NCBI GenBank assembly: GCA_963818205.1
Contig: CAWFRG010000001.1
Location: forward strand, 9,597 to 73,596
Origin: an uncultured Solirubrobacterales bacterium
Lineage (GTDB): Bacteria; Actinomycetota; Thermoleophilia; Solirubrobacterales; 70-9
DNA length: 64,000 nt
Reading direction: 5' to 3'
The position numbers and the translations under genes are program-made. Below are positions 28,500 through 36,196 of the stretch, piece after piece. Every line of letters begins with the position of its first letter. Within the stretch, counting starts at the first letter, position 1. The notes beneath the pieces were generated by a model. The model was not told the origin of the DNA, did no database searches, and worked only from the letters and a program-made list of their open reading frames with translations.

Positions 28500-28543
28500 G
28501 GCCGGGCACCCTATCGCGGCAAGGGCGCGTTATAGATACACGC

Positions 28544-29377
28544 ATGCGTGGGCTCCTGGCTGCCTTCACCGGCCTGCTGCTGGTGATCGGGGTCGCCGCC
28601 TGCGGAGGCGGCGGCGATGACGGAGACGAGAGCGAGCAGCAGCGGTTCGACCTCGTGATCGGCGATCCGGCTCCGCTCAGCGGTGACCTCGCCGAGCTCG
28701 GCCCCTCGGCCGAGAAGGCGACCGATCTCGCCCTCGACCAGATCAACTCGGCGATCAGGGAGACGGGCGCTGAGGTGTCCGTCGAGATCGTGCACGGCAT
28801 CGCCGGCGGCGCCCCCGAGGCCGCGGCCCAAGCCGCAGCACGCATGGTGCAGGCCGACGACGCGAGCTGCCTGGTCGGGGGCTGGACCCCCGAGGACACG
28901 CTGGAGATCGCGCAGTCGGTCTCGATTCCCGACGGCGTCCTTCAGATCTCCCCCACCCCCAGCGACGAGCAGGTCACTGCGCTGGAGGACGACGAGTTGG
29001 TCAACAGTGTCGCCCCCGCTACCGGAGCCTTCGGCCAGGAGTCGGCCGCCTTCGATCAGCTCTTCGACTCCTCCGAGCCGACCGATGTCGAGCAGGCCCC
29101 CTTCGCCGCGGACGCCTTCGACGCGACGATCCTCTGCTATCTCGCCGCGGTCGCCGCCGGCTCGGCGGACGGCAAGGAGATGGCCCTGATGCTGATCGAC
29201 AACACCGCGCCAGCGGGCACCGAGTACAGCTGGCAGGAGCTCCCGGATGCGGTCAAGGCGCTCGAGGCCGGCGAGGACATCAACTACATGGGGGCATCCG
29301 GACCGATCGACATGGACGAGAACGGCGACGCCTCGGCGAGCAGCTCGACTACGGGCGACAGCACCAGCTCCGAGTGA
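28544..29377 (+). CDS. type I periplasmic-binding-fold (LivJ-like) lipoprotein, internally shortened remnant
   Basis: Lipobox VAACGG. N-terminal PLSGDLAELGPSAEKATDLALDQIN and C-terminal INYMGASGPIDMDENGD match branched-chain amino acid binding proteins, but about 130 aa of the middle of the fold appear to be missing and the last 14 aa are Ser/Thr junk. Confidence 0.5.
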   Translation: MRGLLAAFTGLLLVIGVAACGGGGDDGDESEQQRFDLVIGDPAPLSGDLAELGPSAEKATDLALDQINSAIRETGAEVSVEIVHGIAGGAPEAAAQAAARMVQADDASCLVGGWTPEDTLEIAQSVSIPDGVLQISPTPSDEQVTALEDDELVNSVAPATGAFGQESAAFDQLFDSSEPTDVEQAPFAADAFDATILCYLAAVAAGSADGKEMALMLIDNTAPAGTEYSWQELPDAVKALEAGEDINYMGASGPIDMDENGDASASSSTTGDSTSSE

Positions 29378-29682
29378 GCGTCAGCTGACCAGCCTCGACG
29401 ACCCAGAGCGCGTCGTCGCCGAGATCGAGCATTTCCTGGCCACAGAGCCACCGAGCAGAGTTGAGGCAGCGACGCCGTCACCACCACGAGCGACATCGCC
29501 GGCGGCGAAGGCGAACGCGCAAGCATGACGGCCACCGAGTCGGCCCCGGCGGGCCGCCGGAGCCAGCCCGCGAGTTGTCCGGAGGAAGCACTCTGTGGTA
29601 GGTTTTCGCGCTCGGAGCAGCCACCCTGATCGCCCTTTGGCGCTCTTCTATCCGGTCGGCGTGTTCATATCCCCTCGCCCCC

Positions 29683-30882
29683 ATGAGACGAACGCTGCCT
29701 CTGCTCGCCATCCTGCTGATCGCGCTGCTCGCCGCGCCGGCGAGCGCCCCTGCGATCGTCGGCGGGGCGGGGCACAACAAGCCGACGAAGAATCTGGAGG
29801 CCGCGTACAAGATCGCGCTCTACCTGCGCTCAGTCAGCGCGGACGGCTGCTATCCGCCCCCACGCAAGCTGGCCAAGGCAATCCACAGGCTCGATCCGAA
29901 ACTCAAAGTGCGCGTCGCACGGAGCCTGCGCTCGGTCCGCCGCCGGGGCATCGTCTACATCCTGCGGCAGGGCTCGAACTGCAACCGGGTCCGCATGGCC
30001 TGGCTGAGCCCGAGAGGTCTCTACGTCCTCGACTCCGCCTCGGGAAACGTCAGGGTGCACGGAAAGCACGGGCCGCGAACGCACCCGGGTCAGAGCGGAC
30101 CGGCCCGGCAGGTGAGGCTCGTGAGCAGGAGCTTCAGGTTGCAAGGTCCCGATGACACCCAGCGCCTCGACACGCTGTGCCCGCGCAGATCGTTTCCCCT
30201 GGGCGGCGGGATGATCGCCTCGCCTGGACCCAGCGCCAACGGGGAGGGAGCCTATCCACACTCCTACGAGCGCCTCGGAGCGCAGCGCGGCTGGCACATC
30301 AACGTCATTCTCTACGACCCCAATCGCAGCTCGACCACCCCTCGCGATATCACCATCCAGACCGTATGCGGCCGGTTCCTCAGGCCGTCTAATCCGACTC
30401 CCCACGCGACGATCTTCATCAAGTCGGGCGAGACCAAGTCCGCGACGGCCAGCTGCCCCAAGGGCCAGTTCCTGATCGCGGGGGGCTTTAACCGCACCAA
30501 CTTCGACAGCACCGGTGGCAACTACATCACCGAGTCCCGGGCGGACGGGCCGAGGGCCTGGCGGGTCACCGGCTCGGCCTTCGGCGGCAGCGGCGGCGGC
30601 GAGCTGACCGCGATCGCCTACTGCGTCAAGCACAGGGGACCGATCCTGACCGAGGTCTCAGCCTCCGCCCCAGTCCCGTTCGGCGCAACGGCCACGGCCA
30701 CCACGCCGCCCTGCCCGCCCGGCCTCAGACTGACATCCACGGGCTTCAGCGCGTCGCCGAGCGCCCTCTTTGCGGGCAGCTCGCTCAACCCGGACGGCAC
30801 CACCACCGCGACGGCGGTCGGCCACTTCGCCGCGGCGCCGAGTCTCACCGCGTACGGCTACTGCCTGCGGGCGAGGCGCTGA
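29683..30882 (+). CDS. secreted hypothetical protein with three Cys-bracketed repeats
   Basis: Signal peptide MRRTLPLLAILLIALLAAPASA. Three units each open with CPxxxxxxxGG(G)(F/M) and close with a Cys: TLCPRRSFPLGGGM...QTVCG, ASCPKGQFLIAGGF...IAYCV, PPCPPGLRLTSTGF...YGYCL. GC is slightly below the local level. Confidence 0.6.
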   Translation: MRRTLPLLAILLIALLAAPASAPAIVGGAGHNKPTKNLEAAYKIALYLRSVSADGCYPPPRKLAKAIHRLDPKLKVRVARSLRSVRRRGIVYILRQGSNCNRVRMAWLSPRGLYVLDSASGNVRVHGKHGPRTHPGQSGPARQVRLVSRSFRLQGPDDTQRLDTLCPRRSFPLGGGMIASPGPSANGEGAYPHSYERLGAQRGWHINVILYDPNRSSTTPRDITIQTVCGRFLRPSNPTPHATIFIKSGETKSATASCPKGQFLIAGGFNRTNFDSTGGNYITESRADGPRAWRVTGSAFGGSGGGELTAIAYCVKHRGPILTEVSASAPVPFGATATATTPPCPPGLRLTSTGFSASPSALFAGSSLNPDGTTTATAVGHFAAAPSLTAYGYCLRARR

Positions 30883-31025
30883 GGCGCCCGCAGGCCCTCA
30901 GCCGATGTTGACCATCACGAGGCAGGTCCGGCCGCTTTCCCCCCGGTGACGGTCTCTCAGCGGCGTGCGCGCACCGCTGTAGGCGATGTCCGCGCGGCGG
31001 TTGAGCGAGTACAGCAGCGCCTTAG

Positions 31026-32987
31026 TCAGCGGATCAACCGAACTTCCAGCGGCGGCGCCAGGAGCGCCCCCGCTCCGTCCGCGAGGGCGAGGATCCGGGC
31101 GACGTAGGCGCGGGTCTCGGCATAGGGCACGCAGGAGCAGGCTCCGACCGCGCCGGAGCCCGCGTTGTAGGCGGCGAGGGCGAGCGGCACCGAGTGAAAG
31201 CGCCGGAGGAGGTCCGACATCAGGTGCGCCTGGGAGTCGATCGCGGCGACCGGGTCGAACGGATCGCGAAGGCCGTACCCGGCGGCGGTCCCGGGCATGA
31301 ACTGGGCGATCCCCTGGGCGCCGGCCGGCGAGACCGCCTCCGGGTTGAAGCCAGACTCCGCCATCAGCTGCGCCGCGAGCAACCCCGGCGAGACGTTCCA
31401 GCGCGCCGCCGAGCGGATGATCGGGTCGCGGAAGCGGGCGGGGACGAAGGAGGGCAGCCCAGGCGCCCCCTCCCGCGCCCCGGAGACGGCTGTGCCGACC
31501 GCGTTTCCGGCGCCCGAACAGGGCGGCGGACCGCGGTCGAAGCCGAAATGCCAGGCCTCCCAGGAATAGCGGCGGACGAAGCCGAAGCGAGGCGCGTTCG
31601 CGGCCAGCCAGCCGTAGGCGGAGGCGGGTCCGAGGTCGAGCTCGGTGGCGCAGCGGTGCAGCGAGTGGCCCGGCGGGGCGACCCAGTGAGGGTCGGGGTG
31701 CCGGGCGAAGAGCTCCGCCTGCTCGGCGTCGGATCGAAACCCCGAGCTGACCACCAACGAATGTCCCGCGCGCCTCGCCGCCGCCGCCATCCGGTCATAG
31801 GCCGCGGCGACGTCCGGCCGCATCCCCTCGCCGTTGCGGTAGACCAGCGGCCCCGAGTAGCCCCCTCCGCTCGCCACCCCCGGCATCCCCGTCCAGGAAC
31901 CGGCGGGAGGGGCTGCCTCGGCGACGGCGGAGGCGGCGACCTCGATCGGGCGGCTCCCGGCCGCCTCGAGTCGCTCCCCGCCCGGAAGCCCCTCGGGTTC
32001 GATCTCGGCGCTCACCCGGGCGCGCACCCGCAGCGGCGGCTCCCCGCTGAGGTCGGGAAAGTCGATCCGCAGACGGGCCGGATCGACGCCGTTGCGGCGA
32101 GCGGCGTCGGTGGCCGCCGCCCGGGCGCGGCTGAGATAGGCGACGCGGGAGAGGCGCCGCGGATTGAGGGTCCCGTCCGGGAGCGTCCGCGGCTCGGCCA
32201 GCCGCGGCATGTCGTCGCGCATGCTGCGGGCGGCCGAGAGCGCCGCCAGGTCGGCAGCCCGCTGCACCCGGCCCTTTCCGGTCACCGCCCCGCCGATCGC
32301 GGCGAGCAGCAGCGCCACCATGATCAGGATCGTGCCCGCGCCGAGCAGCGCCGGCAGAGCCTGACCGCGCTCGCCGGGGCGCTCCGCGCCGCGATCTGCA
32401 CCGATCCCGAGGAGGGCCGCGGCGATCCCCTTCGCCACGCTCGACCGGCGTCCGCCGGGGCGGGCCCCGGCGAGGGCTCGCCGCGCCGCAAATGGCGAGG
32501 GAGTGGCCGAGGCGACCTTTACTCCCAGGCCTCGAGCCCGGAGCTGGTCAACGGCGAGCGCCGCCAGCGAGCGCTCCCGCGGCAGCTCGACCACGATCAG
32601 GCCTCCGAGCGCCCCGATCTCGTCCGAATCGAGCGCCGGAACCCAGAGGGCGGCGGGCAAATGCGCGACCACCAGCTCCGCCCCGCCCTCCAGCATCGTC
32701 TCGCCGAGCGCGTCGAGCGGCTGGCCACCGGTGCCGAGTGCGAGGTGACAGAGGTGGCCGCGTGCCGAACCCGACCAGCCCGCGATTCGCAGGGAATCCT
32801 CCAGCTCTCGGGCGGCCGGGGTCGAGAGCAGGGTCGCCCCCCGGCGCCGGCTGCCCTCCGCGACCTCGGCCAGCAGGGTGCGGGCGCCGGTCGCCGCGGC
32901 GGCCTCGACCGCGACCGCCGCGGCCAGGGCGAGGCTTCCGCGCCGGCCGGTGCCGGTGCCGGTGGCGAGGATCGTCGCCGCGGTCAC
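31026..32987 (-). CDS. multidomain protein: unknown N-domain + TadG/TadE-like pseudopilin segment + VanY/M15 D,D-peptidase + SLT lytic transglycosylase
   Basis: aa ~205-255: GQALPALLGAGTILIMVALLLAAIGG...RAADLAALSAARS. aa ~410-485: SGFRSDAEQAELF...PGHSLHRCATELD...SWEAWHF. aa ~520-630: AQLMAESGFNPEAVSPAGAQGIAQFMPGT...AAYNAGSGAV. The GTG start overlaps the upstream stop (GTGA). High GC3 throughout. Confidence 0.8.
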   Translation of the reverse strand: MTAATILATGTGTGRRGSLALAAAVAVEAAAATGARTLLAEVAEGSRRRGATLLSTPAARELEDSLRIAGWSGSARGHLCHLALGTGGQPLDALGETMLEGGAELVVAHLPAALWVPALDSDEIGALGGLIVVELPRERSLAALAVDQLRARGLGVKVASATPSPFAARRALAGARPGGRRSSVAKGIAAALLGIGADRGAERPGERGQALPALLGAGTILIMVALLLAAIGGAVTGKGRVQRAADLAALSAARSMRDDMPRLAEPRTLPDGTLNPRRLSRVAYLSRARAAATDAARRNGVDPARLRIDFPDLSGEPPLRVRARVSAEIEPEGLPGGERLEAAGSRPIEVAASAVAEAAPPAGSWTGMPGVASGGGYSGPLVYRNGEGMRPDVAAAYDRMAAAARRAGHSLVVSSGFRSDAEQAELFARHPDPHWVAPPGHSLHRCATELDLGPASAYGWLAANAPRFGFVRRYSWEAWHFGFDRGPPPCSGAGNAVGTAVSGAREGAPGLPSFVPARFRDPIIRSAARWNVSPGLLAAQLMAESGFNPEAVSPAGAQGIAQFMPGTAAGYGLRDPFDPVAAIDSQAHLMSDLLRRFHSVPLALAAYNAGSGAVGACSCVPYAETRAYVARILALADGAGALLAPPLEVRLIR

Positions 32988-33340
32988 CTCCGCGCCTCTC
33001 TTGCGGGACGCGCCCAGGCTTCGGAGCTGACCTCGAGCCGCTCCGCCAGGGCAGCCAGGGGCGCGGGCGGCCGCAGCTCCACGATCACCCGGCCGGCGTC
33101 AGAACTGACCGTGGCGCGACCGCGGGCCCAGGCGGGGAGCGACTCCCGCGCTGCCTGCTCCGGGTCGTTGCCCGCCGCCGCCGCCAGAGCACCCGCCTCG
33201 GCGGCGCCGTCGGCGAGGGTCAGGGAGTAGCCGGTGAGCAGAAGCTGGAGGGCGACGAATCCGGCCAGCGCCAGTGCCGGCAGCCCAGCGAGCAGCTCCA
33301 CCGAAGCCTGGCCTCCCTCATGGTCAGCGCGAGGAGCCAT
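32984..33340 (-). CDS. TadE-like (Flp pilus assembly pseudopilin) protein
   Basis: MAPRADHEGGQASVELLAGLPALALAGFVALQLLL: TadE N-terminal motif plus a hydrophobic helix. About 118 aa. Confidence 0.7.
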   Translation of the reverse strand: MAPRADHEGGQASVELLAGLPALALAGFVALQLLLTGYSLTLADGAAEAGALAAAAGNDPEQAARESLPAWARGRATVSSDAGRVIVELRPPAPLAALAERLEVSSEAWARPAREARR

Positions 33341-33713
33341 CCGGATCGGGCTCGAGCCTGGACGCCGCCACGATCGAACCCAGGGAGACGCCGGGCAACA
33401 GTGAGGGCACCGCGACCTTGACCCGGACACCGTCCTCGTTCGTAACCGCGGCGTCCTCGCGCAGCCGACCCGGAAGCGCCCGCCGCGCCGCGGCCTCGCC
33501 ATCGCCGCCGACGTGCTCCGCCCGGGCGCCGGCGCGGGCGGCGTTGCCGGCCGTCCACAGCGCCCAGCCGGCGGCGGCCGCCTGGGCGGCGAGCAACACG
33601 CAGACCGCGAGCGCCGGCAGGATCGCGACCAGCTCCACCGAGGCCTGCCCCGGGGCCCCGCAGATCCGGCGGCGGTGTTTGTGGCCGCCGCATGTGTAGC
33701 TCTCGATCGCCAC
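33324..33713 (-). CDS. TadE-like (Flp pilus assembly pseudopilin) protein
   Basis: ...GAPGQASVELVAILPALAVCVLLAAQAAAAGWALW: the same motif class. 129 aa. Confidence 0.7.
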   Translation of the reverse strand: MAIESYTCGGHKHRRRICGAPGQASVELVAILPALAVCVLLAAQAAAAGWALWTAGNAARAGARAEHVGGDGEAAARRALPGRLREDAAVTNEDGVRVKVAVPSLLPGVSLGSIVAASRLEPDPDGSSR

Positions 33714-33785
33714 CTCGCGAACCTAGGAGCGGGCGGCGCGCGGAAAGCGCGCGGATCGTGCCGAGTCAGTGGTGTTGGGTGACCC

Positions 33786-34142
33786 CTAGGTGTAGGTGCT
33801 GGCCTCGCGCCAGACCAAGAAGATCGCCAGCAGCGCCCCGAGCATCAGCACCAGCCAGACGGCGAACCCGCCGGCCCACTCGGTGAACTCCTCGAAGCCG
33901 ACGATCAGGAGCGCAATCGCGCCGACGGCGCCGAAGAGGATCGCCCGGCGGCCATCGGAGAGGGTCAGCATCGTCATCTGCTGCTCGCGGTAGAGGCGGT
34001 AGACGAAGAAGGCGATTGCCGCGAGGAAGGCCATCGAGATCGCCGTCAACACCGTCTCCGCGGCGGCGCCGCCGCCGGGCAAGACCGCGATCGCCAGCGC
34101 CACCACGGCGATGATCGCGACGTTCCTCAGCGTCGGCAGCAT
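33786..34142 (-). CDS. hypothetical four-TM membrane protein
   Basis: MLPTLRNVAIIAVVALAIAVLPGG... has four hydrophobic segments. The internal ATG at 34142 was chosen. Same strand as, and directly upstream of, the TadE-like genes. Confidence 0.5.
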   Translation of the reverse strand: MLPTLRNVAIIAVVALAIAVLPGGGAAAETVLTAISMAFLAAIAFFVYRLYREQQMTMLTLSDGRRAILFGAVGAIALLIVGFEEFTEWAGGFAVWLVLMLGALLAIFLVWREASTYT

Positions 34143-34253
34143 CGATGAGATTCTACGGACGCCGGGCACCCGCTCCGCTTCGCGGCCATTATCAGATCTG
34201 CAACCCCATTTCCTCGCTACTAGCGAATTTTTGATCCGCATCGAGCGAGGTTC

Positions 34254-34282
34254 TTGTCATCCTTCGCCCCCGCCGGTAGGGT
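34254..34282 (+). promoter_or_regulatory. candidate sigma-70-type promoter for the HD-domain gene
   Basis: TTGTCA (34254-34259), 17-nt spacer, TAGGGT (34277-34282, TANNNT class). Immediately followed by the direct repeat TTCACAC-CG-TTTACAC (34284-34299). Confidence 0.35.
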
Positions 34283-34326
34283 CTTCACACCGTTTACACA
34301 ACGCCCCGCGTGCTACCAAGAGAGTG

Positions 34327-34926
34327 ATGGCGAACATCTCGACGCGAGTCGAGCCTCGTACCGACTCCGATCTGGCCACCACGGCCCTCCGCTTCGCGCG
34401 CCGCGCCCATCTCGGCCAGCATCGCAAGCAGACCCACGAGCAGTTCGTCGAGCACCCGATCGCGGTGGCGAAGCTGATCTCGGAGGAGGGCTTGAACGGC
34501 TCGATCCTCGCCGCTGCCTACCTCCACGACGTGGTCGAGAAGTCCGAGGTCGAGCCCGCCGAGATCAGGGAGCGCTTCGGGCCGGAGGTCGCGGGGATGG
34601 TCGAGGCGCTCACCGACGACGACTCGGTCGAGGGCTACGTCGAGCGCAAGCGGGCACTGCGCCGCCAGGTGATCCACTCCAGTCAGGAGTCGGTGCTGAT
34701 CTACGCGGCCGACCGGGTCGCCAACATGCGCGACTGGCGCAAGGTGGCGCCGGAGCAGCGTACGGAGATCGGGGAGCGCCTCGGCACCACCCTGGACGAA
34801 CGGCTCGACCTGTGGGCCGAGGATCTCGACGAACTCAGCGCCTACGACCCCGAGCTCCCCTTCCTCGCCGAGATCGAGTTGGAGCTGCGGGCCCTGCGCA
34901 GCGAAGCGCCCGATCGCCCGAGCTAG
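34327..34926 (+). CDS. HD domain protein, RelA/SpoT-type (p)ppGpp hydrolase fold (small alarmone hydrolase-like)
   Basis: ALRFARRAHLGQHRKQTHEQFVEHPIAVAKLI...AAYLHDVVEKS...GPEVAGMVEALT. Confidence 0.75.
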   Translation: MANISTRVEPRTDSDLATTALRFARRAHLGQHRKQTHEQFVEHPIAVAKLISEEGLNGSILAAAYLHDVVEKSEVEPAEIRERFGPEVAGMVEALTDDDSVEGYVERKRALRRQVIHSSQESVLIYAADRVANMRDWRKVAPEQRTEIGERLGTTLDERLDLWAEDLDELSAYDPELPFLAEIELELRALRSEAPDRPS

Positions 34927-35408
34927 CGCTCCTCCTCGCTCAGCTGGGCCCTCCGATAGAGCGGCAGGATCCCCCAGAGGACGACGAAGGTGAGACCGGA
35001 CGCCACCGTGAACACCACGGTGGCCGGTGTCTTGAAGAGGATGTCACTGATCAGGAGCACCGCCCCTGTGAGGGCGACGGCCAGGACCGCAAGCCCCGCC
35101 AGGGTAAGACGGTTCGAGATCCGAACCAGATGCTCCTTTTGGCGCTGGCGAAACAGCAGGCGGTGATTCGCGGTAGGTGCGATCAGCAGGGCGGTCGATA
35201 GCGCTGTGCAGAGCAGCACCCCGAAGTAGAGCTCGCGCTGCACCGGCTCCAGCGAGTCGAATCCCTGGCTGAACGGAACGGTGAGCAGAAACGCGAACAG
35301 CACCTGTACCCCCGGGAGGGCAACCCGCAGCTCCTGGAGAAGCTCGTTGAGATTGCGGTCGGCGCGCTCCTCGGGCGTCTCGTCGCGACCGCTGCTCGCC
35401 GTCACCAA
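34923..35408 (-). CDS. DUF6328-like membrane protein
   Basis: ERADRNLNELLQELRVALPGVQVLFAFLLTVPFSQGF pattern followed by three TM segments, as in the actinobacterial DUF6328 family (recognised from memory). Confidence 0.6.
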   Translation of the reverse strand: MVTASSGRDETPEERADRNLNELLQELRVALPGVQVLFAFLLTVPFSQGFDSLEPVQRELYFGVLLCTALSTALLIAPTANHRLLFRQRQKEHLVRISNRLTLAGLAVLAVALTGAVLLISDILFKTPATVVFTVASGLTFVVLWGILPLYRRAQLSEEER

Positions 35409-35482
35409 ACGGGTCGCTCCTCACCCATTAAGCGGGTCGCTCCTTCGGAGCGCCCTTGGACGATCGGAGCGCCCTCGCATCC

Positions 35483-36103
35483 CTAGGTGTGCTTGACGGC
35501 GATCGCCTCGATCTTGTGAGCGGCGGTCTCGGTCGAATCGATCGCCCGCTCCAGCAGCCCGAAGATGTCCTTCCAGCGGATCACCACCATCGGGTCGATG
35601 CCGTTGGAGAAAAGCGACGCGAGCGCCTCGCGCCAGACCCGATCGCCCTCGTTCTCGAGCCGATGGATCTCGACCCAGTAGTGCTCGAGCTCGGTGAACC
35701 CGCGCAGGTTGGTGAGCGCCCCGCTCACCTGCTCGCATGACTGGGCGAGGATGTTGGCGAGGGTATGGGCCTGCTCCATCGGCGCCTCGATCTTGAACAG
35801 CCCCATGAAGTCGGCGGCCTCCTCGATGTCATCGACGATGTCGTCCAGCTGGGTGGCGAGCCCATAGACCTCGGAGGCGTCGAGGGTGCGGACCGGCTCG
35901 GAGTTGAGGCGACGGACGATCTCCTGGGTGATCCGGTCGCCCTCCTGCTCCGTCTTGAGGATGTCGCGGGCGACCCCGGTCTCCTCGGGCCAGGTCTCGA
36001 ACATGTGCTCGAGCAGCTGAGCGGCGCGGAGGATGTTGACGCCGGCCTCCGAGAGGAGCTCGAAATAGACCGCGTCCCTGGATATCACCGAGCGCAGCGG
36101 CAC
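35483..36103 (-). CDS. DUF47 family (PhoU-like, YkaA-type) protein
   Basis: 206-aa all-helical protein: FELLSEAGVNILRAAQLL...EQEGDRITQEIVRRLN...LENEGDRVWREALASLF. Confidence 0.85.
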   Translation of the reverse strand: MPLRSVISRDAVYFELLSEAGVNILRAAQLLEHMFETWPEETGVARDILKTEQEGDRITQEIVRRLNSEPVRTLDASEVYGLATQLDDIVDDIEEAADFMGLFKIEAPMEQAHTLANILAQSCEQVSGALTNLRGFTELEHYWVEIHRLENEGDRVWREALASLFSNGIDPMVVIRWKDIFGLLERAIDSTETAAHKIEAIAVKHT

Positions 36104-36196
36104 CGTTTCGCCAAGCTACCAGCCAGCCCCCGCCCGCCGCAGGATGAGTGACGCCACGGCCGTGATCAAGGCGTGCATGGTCGTGGGGTCACTCAT

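Noticed and set aside
33786-34241. Possibility that the small membrane protein upstream of the TadE-like genes is the missing Flp pilin or a prepilin peptidase.
   Set aside because: It has four TM segments, no G/xxxxEY-type Flp processing motif and no aspartyl peptidase motifs. It is kept as a hypothetical membrane protein.
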